Position numbers and translations under genes: made by a program
Shown: in pieces, positions 24,363 through 38,231 of the stretch
Layout of the letters: each line of letters begins with the position of its first letter
Numbering within the stretch: the first letter of the stretch is position 1
Notes under the pieces: model-generated
What the model was told of the DNA's origin: nothing
Database searches by the model: none
Seen by the model: the letters and a program-made list of their open reading frames with translations, nothing else
Origin: Azolla caroliniana
Taxonomy: Eukaryota; Plantae; Polypodiophyta
Length of the DNA: 64,000 bases
Assembly: GCA_043228905.1 (NCBI GenBank)
Contig: JBHGNT010000005.1
Coordinates: 9,424,001-9,488,000 of the forward strand
Direction: 5' to 3'

Positions 24363-25449
24363 CCTCAATCAGGGAACATGCCCCTTGATGATCAAGCGTA
24401 GTATATGAGAAGGAAGTGAAGATGGTGTTCATGCACGTGAATTTGAATTTGAATTTGTATTGTGCATAAGATAGAGACTTTAATTGTAACCAATGTAACA
24501 TAAGTTTTCACTTGCCTAACAAGAGGATTACAAAATCAAGACCAAATGGCATGAGGCCGCCTTCTATGGACAAACGTACCTGGGCACATGTTCGTAAAGA
24601 GGTACACTTAAATGTGCAATCCCCACAACAAAAGGCAAGTCTCCTTGATTATTTATCACATTAGTTCTATGAGTTTCTTGTATATTATATGGTGTTTTAT
24701 TGTATCACTAAGTCAGAGAGTTTGTTTCATTAAATAGGAAGTTGATTGGGTTTGCGTACACATGGGCCCTACTTTCCAATTGGGAAGAGGTAGTATGAAA
24801 GTTTTTAAGGCCCATTTCATAAGCGTAAATTTGTGTTTGGAGTTTGAGTTTTAGAAAACATAAATGAGAGGTGATCCTAATTCATGCTATTTTCGTTTTG
24901 TGGATGAAAGTTTGTGCCGTTCACCTATGATGGATAAGCAAAAAAATGGTCACATACAAAGGCTACAAATTTTTTATGAACATATATCCCCCACTGAATC
25001 TAGAGATAAATGCAATTTACAAGCTCTATCATATTATTATTGTCTCTTTCTCTACTAAACAAAATTCTAGCAACTTTCGGGCTTTTACATGTTTAAGAAA
25101 TTCATGGAACTCAAGACATTCTTGAGTTTGAACGACCGCGCGATTCTTCCACATCAAACTGAAGATCCAGGGGGATAAGAGGCAATGAATTCATCATCGG
25201 ATGATACGTCATCCGATTGCAATGAGGAATCATGACAATAATGATCACTAGCTTATTTTTTGTTTTTTTTCCCCGACTTATTGTAATGATACTTATTAAT
25301 AATATACAAATTACTTCAATCATTTTTGACAAGTTAAATTTTGTATTTAGTTTTTGGGAATAATAATAATAATGACACTTAAACAACATATTTGTTGGAA
25401 GCATGAATGAGTTGGACAGCGAGACCGAGACCGAGACCGATATTGATAG

Positions 25450-28400
25450 TGTAAACGTAAGTGTTTGCGGAAGCGTAAAACAGAGAACAACATAGAGAGA
25501 GAGAGAGAGAGAGCAGAACACGATTTCAAAATTATATCAAAACTCTGTGTATACACACTGTGCTAAGTAGCACTATTTATACAAGTCCTCTTGGGACTGA
25601 TAGAAGTACCATGTACTTCAATGCTCACACGAGCATTTGACACTTACTACGAGACTATAGATACCTAGTAGTCTATCCTATTCTAGGCTTCCGATTGGAC
25701 TGCCGGTTACGGATTGCACCGGGCCTCCACTGCTTGCCGGTTCGGTTGCTCACCGTCATACCTATCCGTCTCGCTCACCGGCTCCGGCTTATTCAGCCGA
25801 TTCGGCTCCGGTTGAGCTTGCCGCTCAACACTCCCCCTCAAGCTCAACCTGAGGTGGGGTCGTAGTGTCGACCTCTGTGGCAGTCGGTTCTTCCAACCGA
25901 CTTCTCCTGGCGTCACTCCGCCTTACTCGCGCTCCTCATCCGGTCTGGTCCCGTTTGCCGCGACACCTTTGGTTCTGTGCGCCTCGACCCTCTCGGTCGG
26001 CATGTCTGCTCAATAGGCCCATCTCAGCACTCACGTTGCTGTGACTCCGACGCTTGCCGATCCGTCGGTTCTCCCACGATGGCATCGACTTCCGCTGTGT
26101 CCGTGTCCCCTTGGCCTTCAGTCGATCCGTCTCATCCGGATCCATCTGTTGATCCGAGTCAGCTGTCTTCGACTCGTTCCAGCTCTTGTCCGAATCGGCA
26201 CACTCCGATTCGACTTCTGGCGTCAGGCCTCTCACCACATCGGACCACTTTCGAGTCTTGGCCTTCTCCATGCTTCCCTCGGCTTCTTCAGCCGGTGAAT
26301 CGAAATCGAATTCTCCATTGGACTCCGCATCATGGTCAGTACCGTCGTGATGACCTCCGCACAGCATGCACTTCTCTTCCTGAGTGCACAACTCTTCTTC
26401 ACAGCCGCTTGCTCCGACCTGTTCGGATGTGTCGACTTCCTTCGTCGACTCAGCTTCCTTCATCTTCTTGTCTCTTCTTCTTCCGGCTCTCCTCTTATCG
26501 ACGGGTTCAACAGTTTTTTTGCCTTTGCCCGTTTCGATAGGGACTTTGCCCTTGCTTCTCCCCCTCAAGTGCGGCACGTCGAGATGCTGAATACCAAGCA
26601 TGTCGGTAAAGTGCTGCAACTTGTCCGATCCGAGCGGCTTGGTGAAGATGTCGGCAACTTGCCGATCCGTATGAATATACCGTAGGTCAACTTCATCGCT
26701 CAGGACCCGCTCACGCACGAAGTGGTAGTGCACCTCGATGTGCTTTGTGCGAGCATGGAACACAGGGTTCCTGGCGAGCTGCAGGCTGCTCATGTTATCA
26801 CAGTAGATCGGGATCGGGGTCGGCACCTCGATTTGCAAGTCTCGCAGCAGTCGCTGAAGCCAGATGGCTTCACAAGTGGCAACGGTAGCGGCCCGGTACT
26901 CAGCCTCAGTGCTTGACAAAGCCACTATGGGCTGCTTCTTGCTGCTCCACGCAACGGCCGCGCTGCCTATGGAAAACATGTATCCGGAAGTGGAGCTGCG
27001 ATCAGACACATCGCCGGCCCAGTCAGCATCTGTGTAACCGACAAGCTCTTCGGGTATACCTCGCCGGTATAACAGTCCCTGGTCCTTAGTGCCGCTGACA
27101 TACCGTAATATTCGTTGCGCGCACTGAAGGTGCTCCACGGTCGGCTTTTGCATGAACTGACTTACCATGCCGACCGGATAGCTAATGTCGGGTCGGGTGA
27201 TGGTTAAGTAGATCAGGCTTCCGACAACCTGTCGAAACCGTTTCTCATTGCAGGCCGGTCCGGAGTTGGGACGGATCTTCTGGTTCCGGTCCAGGGGTGT
27301 GGAGACAGGTCGGCAATCCGTCATGCCAAACTTATACAACATATTCAACACGTAATGTCGTTGTGAGAGCAATATGCCGTTGGGGGTCCGGATCACTTCG
27401 ATCCCAAGAAAATAATGAAGGTCCCCCAGGTCCTTCATTTCGAATGCGTCCGACAACTGGGACTTGACGCGGTTGATTTCGGGAAGACCAGGTCCGGTGA
27501 TGACTAAATCATCCACATACAAGAGTATACATACCGGACCGTCAGAGCCTTGCCAGATGAACAAGGAAGAGTCCGACTTAGAGACAGCAAACCCCAGCTT
27601 ACGCAACCGGTGCGTGATCTTCGCGTTCCAAGCTCGGGGGGCTTGCTTCAAGCCATAAAGCGATTTCTTTAGTTGGCATACCGCCGACTTGTTCATCTCC
27701 GATTGAAATCCGGGGGGCTGAGTCATAAAGACTTCTTCTTCAAGCTCTCCTTGAAGGAAGGCGTTCTTCACATCCATCTGGTGAAGATGCCACCCCCTTG
27801 CCGCAGCAACCGCCAGTACCACACGAATTGTCGTCATCTTCGCCACAGGAGCGAAGGTTTCGTCGTAGTCGATTCCGTGGGTCTGCGCGTATCCCTTCAC
27901 CACTAACCGAGCTTTGTACCGGTTAACAGAACCGTTGGCGTTGTACTTGACCTTGTACACCCACTTGCATCCGATCGGTTTACAATGACGGGGAGGATCA
28001 ACTAGGTTCCAAGTTTCATTGGCATCGAGTGCCCGCATTTCTTCGTCCATAGCGGCACGCCAATTTGCGTCCTTTGCTGCTTCTGCGTAGCTCTCCGGCT
28101 CGCACACTTCTGTCACCTTAGTCATGTACGCATAATGATGCGCCATGTATTCATTGTACCCGTACCGCACGACGGGATCCTTCTGACGGGTTGATCGGCG
28201 CAACGCACCGTCACCTAATTTGAGGCCCTTCTTAGCCAGTTCGGTCTTCGGTGCCGAAGATCTGCCTTTCTCCTTTCCGGAGTCGGATACGCACCGATCC
28301 GACTCATCGTTGCCGGTTTCGAATTCCGGCATCTTCCTCTTCCCCTTCTCTTTGCGCGTGAACCGTTTCCTCGGTGCCTTGCGCGGGGAGAGCACGTCAG

Positions 28401-30995
28401 AGTCTCCAGCACTTGCCGTCTCTTCATCCGACCGGTCCAACCAACTCAGTCGCTCGTTCGGTCCATTCAACCGTAACGATTCCGGACTCTCATCTTGAGT
28501 CCCGGCTTCATCATCCTCTGTCACGGCTGATTCAGGCTCACTGGCCTGATCTTTCGGCATTGGGTTGGGATCGGAAGTCGGTACGGAGTACCAAGATGCC
28601 GATTCATCGAACTCGACATCCCGGCTAACTCGGACTTCCTTCGTCCGGGGGTTATAGCACTTATACCCCTTTTGCTCTTGAGCATACTCGACTAGGATGC
28701 ATTTTTCCGATTTTGCATCCAGCTTTCTTCGCTTCTGATCCGGCACATGCACATACGCTATGCTGCCGAATATCCGAAGGTGTCTTAAGTTCGGCTTGTG
28801 CCCGAAATACAGCTCATGAGCTGACAGCTTGTCACCAATGCGGTCTTGTATGTTGACGGCCGTCTGGACTGCCTCCGCCCAGTAGAACCGGGGCATGCTC
28901 TTCTCCTCCAGCATTGTCCTTGCCGCTTCGACGAGTGTCCGGTTCTTCCTTTCGGCCACACCGTTTTGCTCCGGTGTGTATCTGCAGCTGAACTCTCGCC
29001 GAATTCCCTTTTGCTGCAGATAGCTAGTGAATTAGCCGGAAAAATATTCCTTTCCGCCATCCGACCGAAGGCATTTGATCTTCCTCTCCGATTCCCGTTC
29101 CACCATCTTCTGGAGGCTTCGGAAACAGTCGAAGACTTCGCTCTTCCGCTCAATGAGGTAGATCCAAGTATGTCGAGTATAGTCGTCGATGAAGGAGACG
29201 AAGTACCGGCTCCCGCCAAGGCTTACACTTTGTGCCGGTCCCCACACATCCGAATGGATGAGATCGAGCTTGTTACGGCTCTGGTTCCGTTCGGTGGGGA
29301 ATGGAAGCCGGTGTTGCTTCCCAAGTTGTTAGGCTTCACAAATTTCGGCTCTCCGGCCGCTGAACTTTGGCAAACCGAAAACGACTTGTTTCGTTTGCAG
29401 GTCTTGAAGCCTCCGGTAGTTGACGTGGCCTATCCGCTTGTGCCATAGGTCGATGTCCGACTCGACCTTCTGTCGTTTCGTGAACAGAGCGGTGCCAACG
29501 TCATTGGTGTCGAGGATAAACATCCTCCCGTCTCTGCGCCCTTGCGCAATGACTTCGCCCTCATCCTCAATGAAGCACCCGAGGTGCGTAAACCGCACCT
29601 GCATCCCCTGGTCGACAATCTGACCGACGGACACCAGGTTCTTTGTGATTGTCGAAACGTGTAATACGTTCATCAGCTTCCCTTTCTGTCCGACGTGGCT
29701 TAGAGGGACTTCTCCGACGTGCACAATTGGGTGAGGAGTGTCGTCTCCGGTTTCGACTACTCCTGGTTGATCCGGTTTCTCCAGAAAGGAGAACCACTCT
29801 TTGTGGCTCGTCATGTGGTTCGACGTGCCGGAATCAACATACTACACTTCCTCCGTTTTGGAAGTGGTCTTCTTCATTGAGTTTGCCTTGTGATTCATCA
29901 CCAAGGCTGGCCCCTTACCGTCCTTTCCGGTTCTGGATCCTCCTGATCCGTTTGCGTAGTGCGAGTTTTGCCGGCCATCCTTACCGGTCTTGCCGGATCC
30001 GGATTTGTCCGAATCGGCACGCTTTCTCCAGCACTTGGTTTCCCTGTGGCCTTTTTTGCCACAATACCAGCATTCCGTAGCAGATTTGTCTTGCCGGCCT
30101 CCGGCACCTCCTTGACTCCCCCTGCTTGTGGAAGTCCCGGAACTGTTGTCGGCACGCTCATAGTGCCTCCGTTCCTGCTCTTGCCGGCCGCCTCTATTGC
30201 GTGCCGACCCACCTCTTCCACCATGCCCATGGAGCCGATCCGCTCCTGTGTACAACATTCGGTTGTCCGGGGATGCACTGGTAGATGCACCGGCGTGGTT
30301 CTCCTTTACAAGGAGCATCGACTGTAAGTCAAAGAATGAGGGGGTATTCTCCCTTGTACACACCGCAGTCCGGAACGCTCTGAACTTGGACGCCAGGCCT
30401 CCGAGACATACCTGCACCATCTCGTCTTCCTCTACGGTAACATTGATAGAGGCGAGCGAGCCGCAGATGTCCTTTATCCGGCCCGTGTAGTCTGCCACGG
30501 ACATGTTCTTCTGTCGAACATTGCTCAACTCCTGTCTGAGTTGCAGCTTCCGGGCAGTGGTGCTTGCGGCGAAAACCTTTTTCAGGTTCCCCCAAGCATC
30601 CTTCGGTGTCTTGGCATCACGGATGTGGCTGAGCAGCTGATCTTCGACACTGGACGCGAAGCAGTACATCACCCTGCTTGCCGCCTGTTCCCATACCGGG
30701 AAGTCCTTGTGTGCCGAGTCTGGCGCCGCATCATTCGCTCCTTTGACATAACTCCAGTACCCGTGTCCAAGCAGGTACTGGTGCATCTTGTAAGACCAGG
30801 ATGCGTAGTTGCTCCTGTCGAGCTTCTCCACCGGGAGCGACGTAGCCATGCCTCTATCCATGTCTTCTACTGTGTCTGTTTTCCACCTGTTAGGGTTTTC
30901 TTCTCAAGAGTAAATGTCTGCAACAGAGGTTCTCAACCCTCGCGCTCTGATACCATGTAAACGTAAGTGTTTGCGGAAGCGTAAAACAGAGAACA

Positions 30996-31034
<39 letters not shown>

Positions 31035-31364
31035 AGAACACGATTTCAAAATTATATCAAAACTCTGTGTATACACACTGTACTAAGTAGCACTATTTAT
31101 ACAAGTCCTCTTGGGACTGACAGAAGTACCATGTACTTCAATTCTCACACAAGCATCTGACACTTATTACGAGACTATAGATACCTAGTAGTCTATCGTA
31201 TTCTAGGCTTCCGATTGGACTGCCGGTTACGGATTGCACCGGGCCTCCACTGCTTGCCGGTTCGGTTGCTCACCGTCATACCGATCCGTTTCGCCTGATC
31301 CGTCTCGCTCACCGGCTCCGGCTTATTCAGCCGATCCGGCTCCGGTTGAGCTTGCCGCTCAACA
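25450..31364 (-). mobile_element. Element M: full-length Ty1/copia
   Basis: LTRs 25450-25830 and 30956-31364; TSD GATAG on both sides; PBS TGGTATCAGAGC 30955-30944; PPT GAGGGGGAG 25839-25831. Confidence 0.97.
25936..30861 (-). pseudogene. M gag-pol, single frame with three nonsense stops and a ~200-aa C-terminal extension
   Basis: ORFs 29842-30861, 29329-29814, 29032-29247 and 25936-28959 share one frame; CWYCGKKGHRETKC, LYVDDL, YTDADW motifs. Confidence 0.93.
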
Positions 31365-31405
31365 GATAGTGAGAGAGTGAGTGAGAGAGAAACCAATAGA
31401 GATCA

Positions 31406-31414
31406 CGAGAGAGA

Positions 31415-31468
<54 letters not shown>
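31406..31468. repeat. (GA)n microsatellite
   Basis: Long GA run. Confidence 0.95.
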
Positions 31469-31474
<6 letters not shown>

Positions 31475-31820
31475 AGGAGGAGGAGGAGGAGGAAAAAAAA
31501 CAAGAGTGGAGAGGGGAAGAAGAAGCGATTTTTATTTTATTTTTAGGCTCTCTATCGGTAATGGAATTAAGGATAAGACATGCGTTAGAAAGCCTTCGAT
31601 TAGAGCTTCGTAATGAGATATAACAAGTTAAATTTGGTGGTTTGTGTGAGAAGCTGCGATACAAATAAGGAATCTTGTGTTATTGGCATCCACATACTCA
31701 ACACAGTGTGGGTCTTCTATTGTATTCATCATTTCGACATCTTCAATCGGGTGAGTTCCAATTATCTTTCTTGTTCATGGAAAATTGTTTTGATCCTGGA
31801 TCGCTATCACATCAAGAATA

Positions 31821-33388
31821 ATGGATATGAACATGAATTCCTCTCAAATTGTGGGGGATATTGATATGGACACAATTGATCCAAAACAGAGTAATGTGAT
31901 GGTTGAATGTAATCGTGAAAGGGAAGACATTGGAAGCTCTAAGAAGTTTAAGGGTATTGAGGAAATTTATGAGAAAAAAGTGACATATGCCGAAGTAATA
32001 CATGTAAATGAGGTTGGCAAGGATCATTGTAATTGGGATAATTTATGGGGAATTGCCAATACCTTGTTGTCTAATATTGTGGACACACCTGGTATGAAAA
32101 GACTTTGTTTTAAATTGAAGTGGGAGACATTTGCAGGTCATTGTTTTGGATGTGGTGAATGGGGTCACTTTATGGCGGAATGCCATCGTCATTGTCCTTC
32201 AACTATAGAGGTTCCTAATGAAGGGAATGGTAAGGAAGGAGTTGGGAGAGATGTTGGTGTGTCAGGTATTGTGGTTGTTATGGATGAAGGAACATCATCT
32301 AGAGCGGTTTATAAAGAGGTTTCACTTCAAGGTTTGGGCCCTAAGAATAAGGGAGCTCAATCTATGGATATGGAAAAAAAAGTTTGGTGCCTATAGATAA
32401 GGACAAAAAACCGTTGGATAGAACTAGTAGTGATGTTGTTGTTGAAAAGGATTGGCATTAGGTTAACGGCAAGTCGAAGGGGAAATCAATGAATATGCAA
32501 CGTAATAGTTTGCCCACTAATCATGAGACTACTTGGAAAGGCAATTCAAGAACTAGGGAGGGTCCTTGAAAAGTTCCTTGGCAAAGACAATTTAGGGATT
32601 AAGGGATTTACCCTTCACCTTCAATTTGATTCATTGGGATGGGTTGTAAATTCATCGAATTCTCGAGGTTTTCGTCAAGCGGGAGAACCTAAACAAAAGA
32701 TTTTGATAGATAGCCCCAAGGATGTGGTGCATGAAAATCCATATGCAGCATTGGAACAAGTGCATGATAGTTTCATGACATTGGTTGCTCTGAAGGAGCA
32801 AGTGCAACCATAACATTGTTGATTGAATGAAAGTGGTAACATGGAATGTGAGAGGGGCATGTTCTCCTCATAAGAAGTATATATTATGGAAAACTTTGTT
32901 AAGTAAAGAATGGGATGTATTATGTGCAGTTGAGCATAAGTGTCATGAGTTAGCAGGATCCACAATTCATTTGCGTGGATATTCATCATTCTATGCAAGA
33001 CATCTTAATAATCATTATTCAGGTGTGGTATTAATCGTGCGGGATAAATATTATCCTCAGGTGGTGCATAATGATCCTTATGGTCGGTTTTTTGTTCTAG
33101 AAATCACTTTTTTTGGCGAGGTTGTGTGGGTGGTTGGGATTTATGCCCCTAACCAAGCCACTCAACATATTGCATTATGGGGCTTACTCCGTCAAACTCT
33201 ATGTGTGGGTCGTCCAGGATTACTTATGGGTGATTATAACATGTGTGTTGATGCATCTCAATCTACGTCTGAACATTCAATCATGGATGATCCTGAGCAA
33301 CTTGCTTGGGATTCATTGGCTATGGAGGTTTTGAAGTTGGATGTTTGGACATGGTTGCATGGGAATGATCGAGGTTTTACTTTCCAAT
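31821..33388 (+). mobile_element. L1-type LINE, 5' part: ORF1 remnant with zinc knuckle and ORF2 endonuclease
   Basis: CFGCGEWGHFMAEC; ORF2 from 32827 MKVVTWNVRG...GIYAPN...MGDYN; cut by H at 33389. Confidence 0.88.
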
Positions 33389-34677
33389 TGTCGAGACTTG
33401 AGAATAGGAGAGAGAAAGGAGAAATGCCGGGTGAAGATGCATATGATGGGGAAGATCAAGGCGAAATGCCACATCATTGATCTTACCAGATATCACATAT
33501 GGGCCAAAACGTTGATAATCCAATTTGCAGCAAGGTTGGGTTGTTTTAATGCGACCTTGTAAAAGCCATACTCGATCTCCCACTTGAAACATAGTCGATG
33601 ACGGTCGGCAACCTTCTTTTGAGTGTTTTGAGCATCGCATAAATGGTGTAAAAGGATATCTTGGACTTCTTGGAGTCGAGTGAGCCGATCTTCAGCAACT
33701 GGGTTTGTCGGGAGTTCAGGATGTTCAAGCATAGTCCAACGAGGATGGTACCCAATGTTTGCGAAAAATGGGGAATATCCAGTAAAAGAATGTTCTGAGT
33801 TGTTGTAAGCAAATTCCTCCAAATGTAATAGATCAACCCAATCATCTTGGTGATAGTTGACAAAACAACGAAGATATTGTTCTACAGTTTGGTTGGTGCA
33901 CTCACACTATCCGTTAGTTTCTGGATGGTAGCCGGAAAAGAGTTCCCAATAAGTATGTAAGAGTTTGAACATGTGCCGCCAAAATTTTGAGATGAACTGG
34001 GGACCCCAATCACTGATAATATCATCAGGAAGACCATGATGCCAAAACACCTCTCGCATGAGTAACTCGGTTGTCCCATGGCTCGTAATGGCCTTTGTGC
34101 AGGGAAGAAAATGTGCCATCTTGGTAAAATGATCGACTACCGTGAGAATAGAATCAAAAACCTTGGAAGGTGGTAGATCCGTAATGAAGTCCAATGAAAT
34201 AGATTTCCATGGACTCTCAGGAATAGGCATTGGCTGTTGTTACCGATTAGGAACACGGTTTGTGGTCAGTCCTTCGACCTATACCTCCAAGTGATTATGG
34301 AACAACGAATGGGGCGTCTATGCGTAATGTGTAGGGGAATGTTCCCCGTAACCTATCAGCGTATAAGGGAGACGACTACAATCGACTCCTTAGCAATGGT
34401 TACACTCATGTTCTTACACGCTCAGGTATTCCAGACACACAGTAGAGTAGCCGTAGCTATACATAGACTTTCAGAGAAGATAGAATTCTATTACAATACG
34501 CTTCTTTACATTCCCAAAATACATGCTCCCTCTATAAGAGGTTTTCTGCCCTTTATATACGCAGGGTCTATTTAGCCGTTCACGCTTCCTGCGCGAACCG
34601 TTACATGCGTTATGATCTTATATTATTTCTTATTCCTACGCTCTTGTCCGTCGGTTACTATTCTGGCGGACAACACC

Positions 34678-34694
34678 TGGCACGCCTGTGGGAC
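34678..34694 (+). other. D antisense tRNA-Arg PBS-like motif at the PPT position
   Basis: TGGCACGCCTGTGGGAC 2 nt from the 3' LTR; counterpart in E at 16058-16074. Confidence 0.8.
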
Positions 34695-36153
34695 AGTGCC
34701 CTGGCACGTCGGATCCATCACGTTAATCTTCTTCCAAAATGGCCCGGATGTTTGGCTCTGCTACGGTGTCTGCGTCCGGAGGTGACGTAGGGCCTGTAGG
34801 TGCATCGTGGTGTGGCTCCCCTGTTTGGTCGGAATGGTTTCTCCCGGTGTCACAATGGTCGTGTGTGGGTGGTCCGGGTATGGTGGGCTCTTCTTGACCT
34901 AGTGGGTTGGGCTCCGCTGGCGTCATGCTTGCGGTTGGCCGCGGCTCTGTCTCAATCGTTACTTCCTCCGTGGTGTCAGCCGTCTTTGTACGTTCCGAGG
35001 AGTGGGGCTGCGATTCTGCCTGGCCCACATCGTTCTCCGTGTGGTCGGACGATAGCGTGGGCTCCTGCGGATGGAGCTCCTCTTGGGCAACGGTTTCGCT
35101 GTCTGGTACTGTGGGGGACTCCGCTCGCCGGTCTGCGTTGTTCACCGTCGTTGTAATTTCTGGTGATCTGGCCTGAGGTTCCTCTTCTTCGAATGTGCCC
35201 GGAATTCGTGTCGCGCTGGATTCCTCATTTGTTCGCGTGTTGCCGGCTTGTGTGATTTGATGAAATAGCTCCTCTTGGCTTTCACCAAAATCATCTAAGA
35301 GCTGCGCGAGTTCTTCGGAATGTTGGTCCGCTAGCGCATGATAGTCTTGCGCTAGGTCCTCGCGTACGACCTCAATGCTCTCATCATTTAGTTTATAGAA
35401 ACCTCGGCCGTCTTTTCACCGGTTCTCCTAGTCCGCACGATACGCTGTCGTAGTGTATTCCACACACTACGTGAAAACCATAAAATAATATATCCGATTT
35501 TAGATACATATAACTAGATAAATAATATATCAAAAGAATTTATCACGTGCATAGGGCAAGATTCAAACCATGCACCTCCACATAGATAAACCCCAACTTT
35601 ACCATTGTAATAACTTATCTTTAGCGTTATAAATATAGATTTAATAAGTATAAGACCTTTATTTACACATACCTTTATAAAAAGGTAAAAATCATGTATT
35701 CTTTAGAGTGTGAATATTTTATTTACACGTGACATTAAAAGTGACTCATGCACATCTAGCGTGCATGAGCCCTATATTTAGGAAATGACAAAGCATCACA
35801 TGCACATTTAGTGTGCATGGACACTTTAGGTGAAAAAGCATGAAGCCATGCTTAGCCTCTTCCATCTTTATATAAGGAGGAGAGAAATATGTATAGGGTT
35901 GTTGATTAATATACAAGGATTGATCAATCTAATATATTCGTGGGATTCACGAATTTTGCCATCTAATTGCTCTTATAGTCTAAATATTGTTTTAATTACA
36001 CTAAACTCGTGGAATTCACGAGATTGCTATCTTACTTCTCTTTCCACTATTCATAACTAGCCTTAAGTTGTATTCCTCTTCCTCCTAGTCAAAAACCTCG
36101 GCGGTTCCCACCCGACTCACGCAACGATCCGGAGCCGAAGGGCACGACACAGT

Positions 36154-36171
36154 TGGTGAACCCGACGTGAA
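36154..36171 (+). other. C PBS, tRNA-Trp
   Basis: TGGTGAACCCGACGTGAA is the complement of the plant tRNA-Trp 3' end ...TTCACGTCGGGTTCACCA (recalled sequence). Confidence 0.9.
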
Positions 36172-36189
36172 AAACCGGGTGGCAAGGAG

Positions 36190-38231
36190 ATGGAAAATCA
36201 ACCGGAGGCTAGCAACATGATGATGATGTTCGAGCGCATGCTACAAGAACAACGCGCGATGTCGGAGATAGCGGCATCAGTGGAGCGGCTCGTGCAACGA
36301 AACGGGCAATTCAACGGGAAAGACGTGTCGCGGTATCTTCGGGACTACAAGCGGAGATGCTACGGTGCGGAATATCGGAAGGACTGCAAGTGACGTCCTT
36401 CAACCGGGTGGCGACCGACGGGCTTCAAGCAAGCATCCATGGGCTACGACAACAAAATCCGACATGGGAGGCGTTTGAAGAAGAGCTAAAGAGGACGTTC
36501 GCCATCGAGGATTCCTCCAAGGCGACGCGAAGGGGATTCGAAGATTGGGTGGAGACGCCGGACAAGGGATTGAAGGTCGTTGATGTGTTTTCGGCATTCG
36601 AAAGCCGGTTCGGGAGGTTGTCCGCGAGAGATCAAGCTATCCTCGTACCGGACAAGGTAATCATGTTCTTGCGAGCCGTGGACGTCCGGGACCGGAAAGA
36701 TCTCGGAGTGCTCTTGGAGGACACGACCACGGAGAGCGGCCTCACCGAAACATGGGAAAACGTGCGGGATATCGTCGCGCGATACACGAAGAGGGGGCAA
36801 TGGCTTGCCAACGAGGAAAAGAGGGTTTCGGAACCGATTCCGAAACCGAGAACCGGATTGGAAGACCATCAACCAAGGGCTCGGCAGACTACAACCGAGA
36901 AGGGAATTGATGCATCTACGGTGGAGCAACTATTGAAGGAGATGAAGAATCTGAAGATCGCGATGGTGAAGAAGTCGGATGACCGCCCCACAAGCTCCAA
37001 GTATACGGACCGACGGTGCATATGGTGTGATAGCGCCGAACACGATCGGAGGGATTGCGACGAGCATAAGGAGGCGCTACGGCGGGATCTCATCTACTAC
37101 GAGGGAAACCGGATTCATTCGATGGACTCTCGGAAGCCACTCCGACCGAACTTCCGGAAAGGCGGCATGAAGAAGGTGCTCGAGGAGGAATTGGCGGCAA
37201 GAAGCAACTATGCGACAACCGCGGGAATATGTGTCGGGGAGTCATCGAGAGCAAAGACGTCTTTTTGGCCGGAAGTTCTAGAAAACACCGAGAAAACCGA
37301 CTCCAACGAGATCCGAAGCACCGCGGAAGGTGTCCGGGAAGCTATGGGATGGGAGTGCCCTGTCGACAAGAATAGCGTATACGCCCTGTGTCAATTGCAT
37401 AAGGTGTATGTGGACGAGAAACGACGACGCACGGAGGATGCGGCCGGGCCATCAAAGATACCGGAAAGTTGGAACTCCGGAGGTAAGGGAAAAGAAAAGG
37501 CGACTCCGGCATTCAAGCTCGCCTCGGACATAGAACAACAAACCGACTTGAAAAGAGTGTTCGAGGAAAGAATCTTGGATAGCCGGGTAGATTTCTCGCT
37601 TCGGGAGCTACTCGGAATAGCAAAGAAGGAGTTCCACGATCTTCTCGTGGATCTCGTGAAGCGAAAAAGACAAAGTACGGAGGAAAATGCTCCAAGGGTG
37701 AATGCGAACACCGTTTTAATGAACGACACTGAAGCGGAGGACGAAATTCCGAACTCCCACTATACAAGGCCACATTGGGCACGCGTGATTACGGAGACTC
37801 CGGTCCGAATCGGCAACATCAAAGAACCCGTGCTAGCATTGATTGATCACGGATCGGAGATCAACTTGATGTCCAAGGAGTTCTACCGGAAGGGGAAGTG
37901 GCCTATTAACACCAACCATGGATGGAAGATTCGGGCGGCCACCAAAGCAACGGAAGATCTATTTGTGGCTTGTCCGGATGTGACGGTGAAGATCGGGGAT
38001 GTCGAGATCGACCAAAATGTCTTCGTGCAAGATGAGGTTTCACATTCCGTCATCCTCGGCCAACCCTTTATCACGGCATCACGGATGGAGACGAAGGTGC
38101 TCGATAGCGGTGCGGCTTTTGCGCGAATTCGGAGCCAAAACAGTGGGAAATCCGTCCAATTCCTAACGGTGCCGGCAAATCACGAAAGGAACAAGAGGGA
38201 ACTCTTGTCCCAAGTGAGAATGGATTTTTAA
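36190..38231 (+). pseudogene. C Gag-protease (one frameshift near 36350)
   Basis: CIWCDSAEHDRRDC knuckle; ALIDHGSEINL protease motif before the stop. Confidence 0.88.

Noticed and set aside
31359-31664. ER/SL-repeat ORFs (also 11847-12218 and 15580-16252)
   Set aside because: These are translations of (GA)n/(TC)n microsatellites.
34237-34575. Duplicated 112/125-aa ORFs (also 50220-50597) as host genes
   Set aside because: They are antisense frames within the two D LTRs, with no recognisable motif.
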